32,000 nucleotides of DNA from Vibrio vulnificus CMCP6. Its GTDB lineage: Bacteria; Pseudomonadota; Gammaproteobacteria; Enterobacterales; Vibrionaceae. The stretch is from NCBI RefSeq assembly GCF_000039765.1, contig NC_004459.3, forward strand, positions 1,350,001 through 1,382,000, in the 5' to 3' direction. How positions within the stretch are numbered: position 1 is the first letter of the stretch; each line of letters starts with the position of its first letter. Below are positions 30,940 to 32,000 of the stretch, one piece after another. A program made the translations under genes and the position numbers. The notes beneath the pieces were generated by a model. That model had not been told where the DNA came from and ran no database searches. It saw only the letters and a list, made by a program, of their open reading frames with translations.

Positions 30940-30966
30940 AAAGGTCAGCATTTGCTGACCTTTTTT
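30940..30966. terminator. bidirectional terminator between pgi and cheX
   Basis: AAAGGTCAGC-ATTT-GCTGACCTTTTTT. Confidence 0.85.
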
Positions 30967-31022
30967 ATGTTCGTAATAGCGAAACAAAAAAGGTTGGCCA
31001 AAGCCAACCTTTCATTTATTGA

Positions 31023-31484
31023 TTATTCGAAACAGATTTCGATGAACGCGTTACCCCATTGAGAGGAAAATGGCATGATGATGATCGAGCCTTCGCACTT
31101 GTGGCGAATCGTGTGACCTTTGCCTGAGACCACAACAGGTGTCGCCATATCAAAATCGAAGCCACTTTCAGCGAGAATACGTTTTGCTCCACCAGTAACC
31201 ATATTGGTGATTTCACCCACCATATCGGTTACTTCTTCATTCAATCCATTTGGTCGCTCACCCAGCATGTTCTGCATGATTTCGAGCGCAAGCCCTTCAT
31301 CAAAGGTAATTGACATCGAGCCGCGTGTTTGCGCCCCGACCATACCAATAAGGCCAGAAACATCACCACGGGCAATCTCATCTTTTTTGATTCGTGGTTT
31401 CTGAGGCTTCAATTCCAGTGAAGCCATCGTTTTTAGAACATTCATTAGAGATGCTAAAAACGGGTTTACAAATTCAGCGCGCAT
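31023..31484 (-). CDS. cheX: CheX-like chemotaxis phosphatase family protein
   Basis: 153 aa, MRAEFVNPFLASLMNVLKTM...VGAQTRGSMSITFDEGLALEIMQNMLGE...EEVTDMVGEITNMVTGGAK, with ExxN-type motif. Confidence 0.85.
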   Translation of the reverse strand: MRAEFVNPFLASLMNVLKTMASLELKPQKPRIKKDEIARGDVSGLIGMVGAQTRGSMSITFDEGLALEIMQNMLGERPNGLNEEVTDMVGEITNMVTGGAKRILAESGFDFDMATPVVVSGKGHTIRHKCEGSIIIMPFSSQWGNAFIEICFE

Positions 31485-31509
31485 AACGTTCTTCTATATC
31501 TTTATTCTT

Positions 31510-31959
31510 TCACTCTGAGAGACAAGTTTTACAGGTACCGTGAGTTTCGATCACTTGATTGGTCAATTTAAAGCCGTATTTCTCAGCATTATTGGCCAAC
31601 AAGGATATCAGTGTATCATCCTGAAGTTCAACGACATCCCCACATTTATCACAAATAAGTAATTGGAAAAAATGTTGGTTTGCGTTGCAAGAGCAGCAGG
31701 AGATAAAACTGTTGGTCGATTCAACCCGATGAATAAAGCCCTGCTCCATTAAAAATTCCAAAGCGCGATAGACGGTAGGAGGTTTGGCTTGAGGTTCGCT
31801 CTCCTTGAGCTGCTCCAGTAATTCATAAGCGCTGGAGGCTCTTGAGTTTGAACAAATCAGTTCAAAAACTCGCTTACGTTGCGGAGTCAGTCGGACTCCT
31901 CGTGCCGAACATATGCCTTCTATTTGCTCAACTAGTGTCTGGTCCAAAGCTTTCACCAT
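31510..31959 (-). CDS. zur: Fur-family zinc uptake regulator
   Basis: 149 aa, RGVRLTPQRKRVFELI, PPTVYRALEFLMEQGFIHRVES, CxxC pairs (ICDKCGD, CKTC). Confidence 0.88.
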   Translation of the reverse strand: MVKALDQTLVEQIEGICSARGVRLTPQRKRVFELICSNSRASSAYELLEQLKESEPQAKPPTVYRALEFLMEQGFIHRVESTNSFISCCSCNANQHFFQLLICDKCGDVVELQDDTLISLLANNAEKYGFKLTNQVIETHGTCKTCLSE

Positions 31960-32000
31960 AATGATTGGACTTTCTTAATAATAAACTATTTCTATACGAA

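Overview
The window looks like Vibrio chromosomal core genome, probably from the V. cholerae/V. mimicus group (inferred from recalled protein families and gene order, no search run). Left to right: 3'-truncated ppc (-), argE (-), argC-argB-argG-argH(A) (+), a small DUF3624-like gene (-), oxyR (+), mrcA (-), the competence/type IV pilus assembly operon pilMNOPQ (+), aroK-aroB-damX-dam-rpe (+), then rpsF-priB-rpsR-rplI (+), a DUF481 outer-membrane gene (-), dnaB-alr-surface antigen (+), yjbQ (-), pgi (+), cheX and zur (-). I see no phage, integrase, transposase, CRISPR, toxin-antitoxin or defence genes, and no convincing undescribed multi-gene system. The most unusual element is a 136-bp perfect tandem array between rpe and the rpsF promoter: 11 x TAGTTTTC followed by 6 x TAGCTCCC. 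It sits where gph-trpS would usually follow rpe, so the junction may be a rearrangement breakpoint, a hypervariable locus or an assembly join. Other observations worth checking are paired ARG boxes upstream of argC and argH, a candidate S6:S18 leader that would sequester the rpsF ribosome-binding site, a possible OxyR autoregulatory site, the fused argH-acetyltransferase, a Gly/Ser linker in PilQ and hairpins upstream of pgi.
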